Numbered from the whole stretch's first letter, positions 11,970 through 24,819 are shown. The stretch: 63,991 bases of DNA, filler included, from Sphacelaria rigidula (GCA_964200075.2; 10 parts of 10 records of this genome joined end to end with filler, not necessarily neighbours in it), one strand, 5' to 3'. The notes: generated by a model from the letters alone, not told the origin. Made by a program: numbers and translations.

Positions 11970-12380
11970 CGATGCGCAATAAGAAGGCGCCAAGTGGGAT
12001 CAAAACTTTCCTTCATGGCGTACCTAACCCGCAGAATCACACATGACCCACGGCCGCATGTCGCCCATCGTGCAAGACCGTCATGTAGTACAGTACGTGC
12101 TGTTTCTTCCCGCACTCGGCGCTGGTCATACCCGAATATTGCACTGCACAGGCTGTACAATACATGCGCAATAAAAAGACACCAGGTGATATGAATACCT
12201 TCCTTCATGGAGTACCTAACCCGCAGAATTACACATGATCCACGGCCGCATGTCGCTCATCTTGAATGCGGGGGGTTTCGATAAGACCGTCACACAACTA
12301 CAACGGTATTGTACATACTGTTTCTTCCCGCACTCGGCGCTGGTTACACCCGAGCATTGCACTTCGCGGGCTGTACAACA
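11970..12380. repeat. Tandem duplication, period about 192 bp
   Basis: ttccttcatgg(c/a)gtacctaacccgcagaat(c/t)acacatga at 12008 and 12200; gcgcaataa at 11974 and 12166. Confidence 0.85.
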
Positions 12381-13090
12381 CTCTGTGCTGCACTACACTT
12401 NNNNNNNNNNCTTCACTCAACAAAGTTATGCGATTCTGTGCTACACTAGGGTGCATGATGTTGTGCTGCACGCGTTTGTACTGTACTGGGGTGACCACCT
12501 TGTAGAGCACCAATGGGGCTCTCTACTGCACCCATGTGCTGGTGCGGAGCAAAGTTGAAAAAAAATTCAACGTCACTCACGTCGTTAATTTTTAGACAGC
12601 GATGGATTTCAGTGAAACCTTTTGCAACAGAAAGTTTGCGTTGTCTACATGGTGAAACATTCCTCTGTATCTCTCCTGGTCGTGTAGGTCGAGCACCATG
12701 TCCTCCCATGACACCGGAGNNNNNNNNNNNNNNNNNNNNNNNNNNNNNNNNNNNNNNNNNNNNTTAATTAATTAANNNNNNNNNNNNNNNNNNNNNNNNN
12801 NNNNNNNNNNNNNNNNNNNTGGGCAATCAGGCCGAAGAAATCGTGAATTTGGTGATTTTGAGTCGTGATGATTTATCCTAACCGTGCAATATTTTCCTTT
12901 CCACGGTCTTTTGTTTCCTATGACTGAGTATGAGTTTGGTTGTGCACAAGACCTTGTACGCCGAAGCCGTGTGGCAGAGATCGGTCATTTTTTTTTTTTG
13001 TACCTCACGTCTCAATTTACAGTGTTGTTCTGTTATACTTTTTCTGTTTTTTTTTTCTTTTCAGCGAGAGTGTCAGTTTCGTTCTGTCTC

Positions 13091-13160
13091 GGGGGTACGT
13101 CTATCATGTGACCACGGCTGGATCCTTGGGGGCTCGGTTAAAGTACGACAATCAATCGAT
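13091..13160 (+). mobile_element. 3' end of (CAAT)n-tailed retroposon
   Basis: gggtacgtctatcatgtgaccacggctgg...ggttaaagtacgacaatcaatc; matches 20070-20262 and 39764-39840. Confidence 0.7.
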
Positions 13161-13731
13161 AAAAAATTAAGTAATAATAATGAGAATAACAATGAACATA
13201 AATATACATAATCTGGTCGTATGCTTTACATTTTGTGCATTTCCGTGTGTGAATCTTTCCCGTGTTTGTCTCGTTATTACCCCGATAGGTTGGCTGGAGT
13301 TGGTGGTTGGTCTTCCTCCCGGTTTGGTTGGTGTACTGTTTTACCTTTTGCTGTTCGTGCCTCTCCAACTTCGCCTTTGCGGGGATCGCTGACGCGGACA
13401 ATCCCGATGCTGAGTCTTCGGAAATCCAGGTGATTTTCGGAAAATATTGAATATTTCACAAAGGGAAGAGAAGAATACGACAAGAAGGAAGGCCAGGTTG
13501 AAAACAACGACAAGTGAAGAAGAAAGATGAAGCCAAAAAATGAGGCGAATTCATCGCTGCAGCGAAAATCTTGTTGCGATATACCAGGGTGTTTTTTGAA
13601 AGCTTGTCCTCATCTGTGAAGTTCTCCATTTGTTGTAGGTAGTCATGAGTGAGCTCACACCGTTGCGGACCCCGATGTACTGGTGCCAACTAACTCTGAG
13701 AAGCATTTATGTATATAACAGGTCTTCGTAG

Positions 13732-13960
13732 TTTTTTTTCTCTATCACACGCTGAACCCTCCCTTTCCTGGGGATGAGTCCGTGGTCTCAAGGGATCAAC
13801 CCATCGCTCCTCCGGTATGGTACACGCCTTACATTTTGGTCTCGCGCATTGGATCAGCACTACTCCCGCACCGCGTCAACTCTCGTCAAACAACTTCAGT
13901 CAACGACTTGTATCTCTACTCGCGTACTCACGCTTTCGACGGTGGAAACCGAAATCAGAT
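13732..13960 (-). mobile_element. SINE copy with A-rich tail
   Basis: Core gtccgtggtctcaagggatc...ggatcagcact..cccgcaccgcgtcaactctcgtc shared with 49430-49694, 56423-56640 and 63666-63760; T-run on the + strand is the tail. Confidence 0.75.
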
Positions 13961-14644
13961 TCTCCGAAATAATTAAACCCAACCAAATCCATTTGGAATC
14001 GAATCGCCACGTTTTGCCCACCCTGATGATGACAAAGTCTCTTGGGCCGCACTACTGCAGGTTTTCGCGGTTCAGCAGTCTCGTTGATATCTTGACCCGT
14101 ACGACTTGTTACCATGCTCTCACGATCCATATACCTATGGTTTGGACGTGATGAAGATAGGGTAGCGTGATTGGATCGACTAGGCAAGGATACATATACC
14201 TATATCTCCAACCACGGCACTGTCGGACCCAGAAAACGTCCCAGCTGTCACAATGATGGTATGCACTCCACCATACTATTAGAGTATGTGCATTGTTCCT
14301 AGTAAATCAAATAAACATCAGCTTCGCAGCTGCTATCTAGGAGAATGTTGTGTGTGACATGGGATTCATCACTGAACCAAGTCAGGTCACTCAATGATGC
14401 TTTCTCCCCTATATCATGCTTCGCTCACATGTAGCAGGGAAATAATGTTTTACGCTGTCCCGTGGATGAGGGGATTGGCGAAGTAAGCCACGCTAGAGTG
14501 GAGTATGATTTATGCGAGAAGATGACATGTCTTTGTAAAGGGCTGCCCAAACACAGGATGGGTGTCAGCGTCTATCTCGTAGGCTATAATATATCGTTGC
14601 TGTAATACGTCATGGTTACCCCCCCCCTCTCCCCCCTCCCTCCG

Positions 14645-14775
14645 CTTGGTGATTGTTTGTGAGCCTGATCCGGCAAAATCCGGGCGTGCTCCATCCCGGC
14701 TTTGTAGGGATGCGAGGTCAATGGCTACATGACTACGGCATGCACGATCATGAGTACACCCGTCTCCCCCCCTTC
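14645..14775 (+). mobile_element. 3' end of C-run-ended non-LTR element (family B)
   Basis: gtgagcctgatccggc...gtcaatgg...gactacggcatgcacgatcatGAGTACACCC; matches 38562-38740 and 45339-45450; C-tracts on both sides. Confidence 0.7.
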
Positions 14776-15492
14776 CCCCATCTTGCCCGCCCGCGCCTCA
14801 CGACCGTCGACGAACAGAATCGAAGGAACGCGGCAATGGCTGCGGTGCAATTTCAAAGGACAACCCACCCGTTATCAGGCATATGGATAGTGACGGCCAT
14901 TCTGGCCGTGGCGGCCATAAGTGGTGCGAATTTTTCAACGTTCATAATATTCGTTCCGCAGTTCATCGCCTCCGGGCTGCTTCTGTGCGTGCTGCTGTGC
15001 TGCATCTGCTCTTGGCGAGTCAATATCCCCGGAGTGTTCCAAGCGGCCCGTGAGGAATAGTAACATGTTTTAGTAAAAAGCCGTTCAAAAAAGAGAGAAA
15101 TGATTTCATCAAGACGGAACCAAAACACAAACACACAACAATAATACACTTTATTGATGTTTTTTTTTGTCCACCCGTTATATATTTTTTCTGGGATTTG
15201 ATTGAATATGTTTGTTTCTTTGTTCGTTTGTGTGTGTTTGTTTTTTTATTCAGCCCCTTGGATTGGATGTTGATTATCATATATTGAGTGTATGATGACG
15301 AAAGTTGTATGTCGAGCCCCGTCCTATCTTGTACTTGTGTGTGTGTCTCCTGTGTGTGCACGTGCTTTTTTGTTTGTCTGTTGGTCTTCCGTAGCCTTGC
15401 GTTTTGGATTCTGAAGTATACACCCCCCCCTGCCATTAGGATCCTGTGCATTCCTTCGCGGACGCGATATTTGAATACCCCGCCCCCCCACA

Positions 15493-15540
15493 ATGGTCGA
15501 ACGACTAAGGCAAGCAACAAATGAGTACGCCCCCCTCCCT
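15493..15540 (+). mobile_element. 5'-truncated 3' end of C-run-ended LINE (family A)
   Basis: atggtcgaacgactaaggcaagcaacaaatGAGTACGCCCCCC lying within a C-rich tract. Confidence 0.7.
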
Positions 15541-16399
15541 TTACTCTGCCACGCTCTTACCCACCTCAGCCGTTGTACATTCTGGCGCCCACCAGATTTG
15601 AAAAAATAGTAGGTAGCTCTGTGGCTCTCGTTTTCATGTGAAGGCGCGGCAACAAAGGAGGAAGAGCACGCATGGACGTACACTGATTCCGTCCTTGAGG
15701 GACTCTGTTCTCGCTGTAAATCTTGCGTCAAGCGGAGATTACGCAGTGGATCATCAATCAGCACACAAAAAGGGGGACCCTAGCAGCCGGAGGATGACGT
15801 TGGAGCAACCCTCTCTCGACCATAACCGCCCACATCACTCACGTACTATATATAGAGGAGGAGTATGTGTCCATAATGGGGGTGACTGGCGACGTCTCTG
15901 AAGCGCACGCATTCTCTTGTTTTTCTTCCCCCATATTTTTTTCCGTTTTTTTTTTTCCCTCCAATTTTTTGTGGTGTTGGCCGCAAAATCAATTCAACAA
16001 CAAACAGCATCTGAAATAGAACAGGCGCAGTGAGTGGGAGAGGTCTCTAGGCATATGAACAGGTTGGTGATTTTCAAGGGTGTGTTCGGCAGGGTCAAGT
16101 ACCCCAGGTATTTTCTCTGCCGAATGTTGGTGTTGCGGTGGTTCGATCTCCAAATTCGACCCAAATATTTTATTGGTTTCAGTTCGGTACTGTCGTCATA
16201 CTCTACCCAGTATCTGGTTATTGTTGAGAATATTCTCAAGACTCTACCAAAGTTTTGGGTCGTTAGAGTTCCATTTTTAAAAATATCCGAATGTAGGGAG
16301 TGCCCTACTCAGTCCACACCCTTTGATGGTTTTGATGCCGTTGCGAAACCGTACGGCGATAACGAAGCTGATCGCGAGTCGGAAATGTCGCAGCAAAAG

Positions 16400-16559
16400 T
16401 TTCACACCCTGGATTGGATAATGACAGTAGGCTAGATTGTCGAAAGTTGTACTCCATACAGTATCGACTAGTGCGTCTATTGCAATAGACAATATATTAT
16501 TCCATACTGTACGCAGTACACTGGCAATGTAATCAATTGCCATTATCCAGGGTGTGAAA
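16400..16559. mobile_element. Foldback MITE-like element
   Basis: TIRs tttcacaccctggat...atccagggtgtgaaa; central palindrome gtctattgcaatagac. Confidence 0.75.
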
Positions 16560-19012
16560 AAGTCGCGTTAGGACGGGTCAACCGTGAAGTCGTAGTATAT
16601 GTATATATGTACACACATATATACCCTTCGGTGCGTGCAAAAGTGTCTCGAGCTTTGCTTTCTTGTGACTCTTATGGGGTGATGAGTTTTCGTGCGAGTT
16701 GCGCGTAAGAAAAACGAAATCAGCGTATTTTAGCCGAGAAGCCCAAATGAAAAAAAACGTTCAAGATCGTTTTTTTTCTTGGTTTTATTTTTATCCAAGC
16801 TGTCCTAACAAGGATTACAGATTCCCCACCCACCAACCCCCTCCCGCGCTCGCAAAAAGTACCATCTTGTGATCCCGGAATGGTGGGAAGTGTATTTTTG
16901 CTTTCGGAAAAATTTGTGATATTCAGATTTTCAGAGATCTTCGGAAACTGGACGATAGCGGTACTCTGTTGCCGTGTCTGTGGATGATGACAGGCAGGAA
17001 AACCAAATTGTTGAAAAAACAAAGAGCTGTTGTGATGCATACCTTAGTAGGCTTCTCCCAAGTCGTGTGTTATAGCGTTACGTTTGTCTGGGGTACGGAG
17101 TGCAGTACTTGGTATTTGGTATGGAGGCGTAGCCTTCCGTCGTGTAGTCATGGTTATTGCCCTGTCCACGCCCACGGTCCTTTTGTTCCGAATCTGGGCT
17201 GGGCGTAAAAGTGGCGTTTAAGGTTGAGGATCTACCACAAAACAATCGCTACGCCTTTCTTTGTGTGTCTGATTTATTTCATTGAGGGGTGTGCAGTTTG
17301 TGATGTTTTCGAAAGCTCTTATGCTTTTGTTGTGCCCTACAATTTTTGTAGTTTCGTTTCATTCATTTATTTATTAATTTATCATGTATGTTTCGTATTT
17401 CGTATGTTTTGCTCAGTGAGCCCACGTAGCAGCTTTGGCCCGTCAAGATTATTCGCGTCAGGTGTTGCGCACCGCAGAATGCGTTGGGAATGATTTGGAG
17501 TGATGATACTTTCAGGAAGGAGCTATTGAGTATGGTGCCGTCTCATCGAGGCAAAGAAATGAGGATGAGATTCTGAGAACAATATTAGTGATGAACAGTC
17601 CACTCGTGGCAACATTTTACTTTTTCCTTCACGTTGTCATCAGATTATCCCTCCGTTCTCACGAAAACATGATTCGAAAACAGTTACTTCTAATGAGAAT
17701 GCGCAAGTTGACGTGTAATGGTTGGCAAAAGTGGGCTATTGGCGAGTTTATTTTCGTGATCATTATCGCAATCTCTCTTTTTTTTTTTTTTCATTTTGTC
17801 GAGGCGAGGCTCAACAATCGTCGGGGTGATTGGCGTTGAAGGCTGCAGGCGGCAATAATGCTCCGAAAGGTGGCTTCGCGCCAAGAGAGTCAAGTTGGTT
17901 TTAATCTGAGGTTCGTTCCGTGTGTGGTGATCGATTGCATGGGACAGATATTTACAGGATGTTTTGTGACAAGGAACCGAGTGACGTATGTGTGTTGCAA
18001 AATAGAATACACAATTAAGAGCCCCGACTTGTTTTGTTCGGCATGGGGAAGCACTGAAGACTTATTCCCGTGCGCATTCAAACGTGACAACTTCTGTTTC
18101 CCCCCAAATATTGTTGGAATGCACATTCAAGGGCTTCATGAACTGGAGAACAAGGGAATCGCCAGTTGTGCAGTTGGTAATGACGCACTTGATGAGGGTG
18201 GTGACAGGCAATTTCGTTTGAAATTTAATAATAATAGTTGTACCATTTCGTTTCTGGCTATTGAAGATGACGAAACTTTCTTCAACTTGAATATTATTTT
18301 ATTTTTTTATCTTCGCCGATTGATGGGGTCGAGGTTTTGAAAAAACAGCGATTTTGCAGAACACGGCCGTGGTAACCCACGCGCGCCGAATATTTTTTTG
18401 TTTATATATATATATATTTTTTTTTCTTCATGTTATCTTTCACGCACGACTGAGAGTGTATCTTGCGTGTCTTTGTTGTTTTGTTATACCGCGTGGAACA
18501 AACAGCTCCGTGTTTTTTACGGTTTCCGCTACGCGTTCAAAGTCAGGTCGGCTTGCTGTCTGTCCATAGCGAAGGCCGTATTAGAAGAGATTGGTTACCC
18601 CAAGTTTGCCGTGTTGGTGCTGTTGAGCACGACTGGCCAGTAAGGCAGAGCTGCGGTAAGATCAAGGTATGATGAGTAAAGGGTGCTTCTGTAATATAAC
18701 CGAGTCCTTGGTGTTTCATTCATTAGTTCTGGCGGGGGAAGGAGGTGGGTGGGCGGGGGGAGAATAGGATGCTCCTCATTTGTACGGAGACGGGGTGTGA
18801 TGTGTTGTTGCTTTACTTGTTTACGTTTGGGTCAGTTGGATTCGACACATACCGAGATGCTTTTCTCAAACCAACCAATAACAGTGAGAAACGCTTGGAT
18901 TCCCAGCCCTTTGATTGTTTTCTTCTGTCAGTGAAGATAGCAAAAAGTCGAGTCAGTGAGTAGCTTTGATGATCAGGCGTGTAAGATTTAGGCGCGAGTA
19001 GATCCGGGGGAT

Positions 19013-19128
19013 GGGGGGGCGTACTCATTTGTTGCTTGCCTTAGTCATTTGACCATTGACCATGCACCCCTTTCGAGACGGAGCATCGGGGGGGGGGGGG
19101 GGGCCCATGATAATGCATGACATAAGAA
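19013..19128 (-). mobile_element. C-run-ended LINE 3' end (family A) abutting a probable family B end
   Basis: ggggggcgtactcatttgttgcttgccttagtcatttgaccattgacc...cgagacggagca, then a G16 run and catgataatgcatg. Confidence 0.7.
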
Positions 19129-20099
19129 NNNNNNNNNNNNNNNNNNNNNNNNNNNNNNNNNNNNNNNNNNNNTTAATTAATTAANNNNNNNNNNNNNNNN
19201 NNNNNNNNNNNNNNNNNNNNNNNNNNNNTGCACCCACATACACCGAAAGGTGTAGACTGGTGCCCAGAATTAATGGGACGACAACACACACACAACACAC
19301 AGTAATGCCCTCAAGTCATTGAAAAAAAACGTTGGGACCTCACAGACAGCCTTTCTTCATGCCCTGTTGATTGTCCATACCAAATTTCACTTTCTAACTC
19401 CAAGAAAAGAATTGCGAATTTGCCTGCAAAAAAAATCCGCTTGTAGGCTGGCCCAGCCTGTAGCGAGAAGCCGAACCTGTCGCTTCGACACCCACGTGTG
19501 GCATCACCCAACATATACTCGACATTTTATCACGCACGAGGTGCGCCTTGTCTCAACGCCTGATCTTCCAAAATACCGCCTTCATAATATGACGAAGGAA
19601 CACTGGGTAGTATACATGCCCGCGAACCCGTCGAAGAACGTCTGAATCTATGCTACCCCGCTTCCACAGCGCATGGGCTCGTGACGAATATCTTGTATCT
19701 TCTCAAAGAAGCATGGCAGACACACTTTTCTACAAGTCCAAACGCCATCTAGTCTGTCGTGCAGGCCCTTGTTTGGCGCAGGACTCACGCTGCACCTTGC
19801 ACGGTCCAGTGAGACGGCACCCACAATTACCCACATTTGGCGTTCTGCACTCAGTCGTACGATTAGTGCGAATAGCATCATATGTCATATTTCATTTTAT
19901 TCTCTTGTATTTTTCTTTCTTTTAGACCGGCCATTTCTTTCTGTGCTTTGGTTTTGTCGGTTTTTTTACCCTTTTTTTTTCGCGTCTGAGTCTACACTAC
20001 GTCGTTTTGTTCGACTTTTTTTCTCTTATTTCCTTTTATTCAAGGAGTAATTTATTTTTGTTTCGTGTTGGGTACGTCCATCATGTGACCACGGCTGGA

Positions 20100-20126
20100 C
20101 CCTAACCCTAACCCTAACCCTAACCC
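20100..20126 (+). repeat. Interstitial telomere-type repeat (CCCTAA)4+CCC
   Basis: ccctaaccctaaccctaaccctaaccc read directly. Confidence 0.9.
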
Positions 20127-20142
20127 ATGGGTGGTCAGTTAA

Positions 20143-20241
20143 CCCTTAGACCGCGAGATTAGTCTTTCTGGATCATGCATACTTGTTTTCACTTGAAATT
20201 CATGCCGACTCAACAGAAGAATAACCTCGCGGTCTAAGAGG
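20143..20241. mobile_element. About 100-bp piggyBac-type MITE
   Basis: TIRs cccttagaccgcgagattagtctt / aagaataacctcgcggtctaagagg, flanked by TTAA and TGAA at the host cagTTAA site. Confidence 0.7.
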
Positions 20242-21349
20242 TGAAGTGCGACAATCAGTCATTCAAAATCAAGATCATGACTAAATTTTGCTCATTCTCG
20301 GGACCTGCGGATTGCGAAGTTAGCGGAAGGAACGGGGCGGTGTACAAGTGTGGCAACGCAGTACTCAAGAGAAGCACATTAGCCGTGTGACATGTCAAGG
20401 TTGCCAAATTCAAACTTTTCCACTAGGTCAATCGAGTCGCTACGTGACCTCCCATGATGCAATTTCGTAAAATCTGCCCGCAGTGCCAAGATCATGATCC
20501 TTCCACCATCAATATCCACTGTGGCGTTGCCACGATAGGCCCTAACCATCGCACAGGGCTGGCTGGGATCGGAGGGTGTGGGGTATGCACCCAAGTTTGC
20601 ATAGATGATTTTTTATCGTCACCGAGCATGGAGCGAAACGTGTTAGTGTACCGAAATAACACATCTCATTCTTGTCGCCGTCTGGGTGATGGTGTCTGGT
20701 CCGCTGATACATTCATCGTGTGTGCGGGAGGGACCTTGGATACTCGTGCAGCGTGATATTCGTCATCGTCCGGCATTTCCAAAGAGGCGTTTTGAACGAT
20801 TTTGTTGCGAAAGAGACTGCCCAGCCGCAACACTGAAAAAAAAAGACAGAAGCCGAGAGCAATATCAAACCAGCGCGAAAATTGGGGGTTGTGCGCGTAG
20901 TGCTGTATTCCGCCCTCACGTGTATCAAAGCGCGTTCGGACTTTGGAGTATCCGTCACAGTTCCCGCTGAACAGTTCCATGTTTGTTTTGGTTTTCACGG
21001 TGATTGAGTATGAGATGGGCCGGCCTAGACGCGAATTTGTGGTTTGCAGACCCTGTCTCACCTCGATTTTGAGAGTTGGACTTTCAAATCTGGCAATTTA
21101 AAAATTGGGCCGGGCGGAAATGGGAAGGAGTATATTCCAGGCCATTTACTGGCCTCGGTTTGGTACTTGGGTCCTGAAATTTTGTGTGGGACCTCGCTAG
21201 GCTATAATAAATCAGAAGAAAGTGGGACATATTGGTTTTGTTTTCAAATTCGCACTTGTTGAGGACGTTTTAGTATAGCAAATACCATATGTTCACGAAA
21301 AGGCCCACCAATATATTTACGAAATATATTTTTTATTCGGCATGCCTTT

Positions 21350-21930
21350 GCGACCCTCTGTGCCAAGTTTCAAAAAACAATTGTAGAAGTTGAGCTGAAA
21401 AGCTGGGATAAGGTTCGAGAACACTGTCGACTTTTCCCGAAAACTCCCCTGAAAAAAAATGAACAAAAAAACCTTTATGTTATTTTGTTATAAAATAGCG
21501 ATGGTCCATACGAGATTTCGGAGCACAACTCTCGAAAACTGAGTCGCGATATCCAGATCTGGTGCACTTTTGTGCCTCTGCTCGTAATGTACTGGTTTTA
21601 TTGTCGGACCTTCCGTGCCCCATATCTCCAGATGAATGACGAATTAGGCAAAGGTGAGGGTATCGATCGTTTCCCCGTGCTCCAGGGAATGTCCGCACGA
21701 AAAATCGTCATCATCCGCTGTATATATCGTGTGGGGTTCCACATTGATTTCATTTTGGAGGCTATCTCCGTACGGTATAGCCATTACTCGACATGGGGTA
21801 CAATCAACGGGAAAAAATTGGCCCAGACTTTTCAACTGACGGGAAGCTTTTCCTTGATCAGACGATTATCGCTACATGCAAATTACGGCCCGAGTCGTCT
21901 GTGTCGATGAGATGTTGCCGTGAGAGCTTA
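21350..21930 (+). repeat. Dispersed non-coding repeat, diverged copy at ~26045-26655
   Basis: Shared blocks such as aattaggNNaaggtgagggtatNNatcgt..cccgtgctccagggaatgtcc and gtgtcgaNgagatNttgc..tgagagctta. Confidence 0.8.
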
Positions 21931-22771
21931 GCTCGTACTGCGGGTGTCAGCCTGAAGCGGTTGCCAACTAATTTTCGTCAGTGCCCGTAGAAAGCATAGC
22001 CAATAGCTCCGTATCATTTTGACACTGCTGTACTCGTATTCCCGACCCCCTATCCCCCCTGTCGGTGAAGAGGTGTTTTTGTCTCCCGAAGAAAGAAGGA
22101 TCCCCAACTGCAGGATCTGTCTACATGTGCAAAATATGAGTTGATCTGAAGGAGAGGGAGACATGGTTGTCAAGAGCTTGAACCACTCCCTTTTGTCGTA
22201 ATGGCGCTTGAATTGCATTCCGCAGTGGTCGTGGCAGCCGGTAGTGTTGCTGCTGCTACATTGACTCGTGCTATCATTCTCAAGCTTGATTGTATCAGTT
22301 AACCTCGGCGTGTCGGCCGGTAACATTCCGTCACTTATTTTCATCATTTTTTTGTGCTTGGCGTTGTACTTGAATATCCTACTCCTACGGTTGCGGCAAC
22401 TGCCGGAAGAAGATGATCATGATGTATAATATTTCATCGTTTTCGTCAACGGTTTGTCCGTTTTAATCACTGAATGCGCCGCGATTTTTCTTGCACCAAC
22501 CTCACCGCAGGGTCCCTCTTTTTTTTTCGGCTTGGCGCGACGTGGGGAGTGAAAGGGAGAGCACGGCTGGGCATATTGGTTCACCTCGGCCGTCTTCGAC
22601 CCCCACACGCCGTTCCCCTGGTACAGTAGTGAGAGACACGCTTGTGTTCGCTGTGTGGAGAGTCCACTTTCATCCCGGTGTTTAGTGTCTGAAGAACAGC
22701 TGGACTAGCCCTTCCACAGTGGTGGAGGGACAGCAGCAGCTAGGGGTAAGAATAGGGATAGGACAGCAATT

Positions 22772-24196
22772 ATGTCGTATACAGGGCCTCGAGACGGGCT
22801 GATATCAGGAATGGATCAACTCGAAACTCTCGCCCCGACCGACGACAACGATTCCACCACTATGGATACCACCATGGACGCGGCTACCGCTGCAGACACT
22901 GCTACCACTGAGGATACCGGTGAGACTAAAGATCGTGCCCGTATTGACACCCATGCTGGCGGTAACGCCTCCTCTCATCCCTCGAATGTTTGGGCTGGCC
23001 GTGAAAGTACCACCAGCATGCCCCAAACGGCCGTATCCGTATCGACATCAGGAACAACAACAGACAATGTTTCAGGGAATCTTTGGGCTGTCGAACGCGA
23101 CGAGGATGGTTTCGTCACCCCAACGCCGATCTCAAGCTCATCAAGAGGCGCAACGGCAAAGCGAACCGTTCGGACGGCCGGCAGTCCAAGGGCAACAGTG
23201 ACGCCAAGGGCTACACGAGCGCCAGCAGCGATACAAGCGGCAACGGGTATGCCGACGCCGACGGGTATACAAACTCCGACGGGTATACGAACGCCTACAG
23301 CAATACAATCGCATATGCGGCAATCTTCCACTTCTACCATACTGTCCTGGAAGAACAGCAGCGGTAGCCTCGGTACTCCTTCTGGCGGGGGTCATCATGA
23401 TGACGGTGGGAACGGTAGTAGTAGTGCTGGCGGTGTAGGAGATGGCGGCAGTGGGCGACGCAGCAGCACGGGTGGCTTTCGAGGAGTTCCGAGCAGAACC
23501 GGGTTCGGGTTTAATCAAAATCGGTACCCTCCACCACCCGCTGCAGCGCCCGCACCAGGTGGGCTTCCCAAGCATGAACGGCCGGAAGACAACCCGGATC
23601 ACTTTGACGACACCAGTAGCGAGTACTCCGTGATTTCCACGCCACAGGATGAACGCCGGAACAGTCCGGGACACGATCGTCGGAAATCGCTCGGAATGTT
23701 CTCGGAAAGTTTCCGGGGCGATCTCCGGAGGAGTCCCAGGGGTGATCGTCGGTACAGTCCTGAGTTCAATCGTCGGAGATCGATGGGAATGATGTCAGAT
23801 CACTATCGGAATGATTCTCGGGGCAGTCCTCGGATCGGTTCTCGGGGGTTGTTCTCCAGCCTCAGTACCAGAGAATCGCCGACTCGCTCATCGGGCAGGA
23901 CTTCTCCACGTTGGCCTGGTGGAACTATTTCGAGAACCAACAGCCCGGGCTCGCCATCGGATCGCGAGAGCAGCCGGATTCTCGTAGATCACAACCGGAT
24001 TATGGTGGCATGTCGGGTTAGGCCGAGGGATGACGGGGGCGACAATAGCAAGGCGCAGTCTGTGTGTGTGAGTGTCGAGGATGATGCAAAGACGGTGGCG
24101 TGGGCAGGAGATAGGGGTGACGAGGCCAACGCGCGGCATTTCACGTTTGACTATGCAGCCGGAGAGAACGTTGGTCAAGAAGAGCTATTCGACCGG
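22772..24196 (+). CDS. Kinesin (kinesin-12/KIF15-like), exon 1: long disordered N-terminus plus start of motor domain
   Basis: RIMVACRVRP...HFTFDYAAGENVGQEELFDR; donor CGG|GTGAGA, phase 0. Confidence 0.9.
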
Positions 24197-24528
24197 GTGA
24201 GATACGCAGACACGTCGACGGTCGCGTGAGTATATCTATATATATATAGATAGATATATATATAGATTTCTCGGACCGTCACACGATGTTTCCTTGCTTC
24301 CTTCTTGTTATTGTTTAGTGTGTCCTCTGTTGTTTTCTGTTTTCTTATGTCCGCTGTTTTTTGCTGTTTATCCCTCTTGTACTCGGGTAATTTCCTGTTG
24401 TTATTTCTTGCGCAGTGGAAAACCGACACCCCCGAACTTTAGGTACCTTATGCCATCCTTGAAAGATCTCACCACCCTATCGCTCTGATCGTCGCGCGCT
24501 CAACCTCATGGCATCCTGAAACATCCAG

Positions 24529-24819
24529 GTTGGTCGACCCGTAACGAACGCCTGTTTAGAAGGATTCAATGGTACCATTTTCTGCTATGGCCAAACGGGA
24601 TCGGGTAAGACATATACTACGTTCGGTCCCCCGCCGAGCCGACAGCAAGATGGCGATCACGATAATAGTCATGATGAGGTGACGCCGAGGGAATGGGACG
24701 CGGGGCTTTCCGCATACCCCCCGGATGATGCGACCTCCGGTCAAGAACGAGGACTGGTTCCGAGGGTGCTGGAGTATCTGTTCGACCGCTTTGCTGCTCA
24801 AGCTGACGCGGCGAAGGAG
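24529..24819 (+). CDS. Kinesin exon 2 with P-loop; remainder not in this scaffold
   Basis: Acceptor atccag|; [30 protein letters not shown]...[12 protein letters not shown]; donor GAG|GTATGG. Confidence 0.92.

Larger units (their letters stand above)
20070..20262 (+). mobile_element. (CAAT)n-retroposon 3' end interrupted by telomeric repeats and a MITE
   Basis: gggtacgtccatcatgtgaccacggctggaccc[...]atgggtggtcagtt[...]aagtgcgacaatcagtc; compare 13091-13160 and 39764-39840. Confidence 0.75.

Noticed and set aside
16960..18900. Exon-like fragments faintly resembling a RecQ helicase (LENKGIASCAVG, LLICTETG), which would suggest AcademH
   Set aside because: No intact Walker A or DEAH motif and no consistent splice model.
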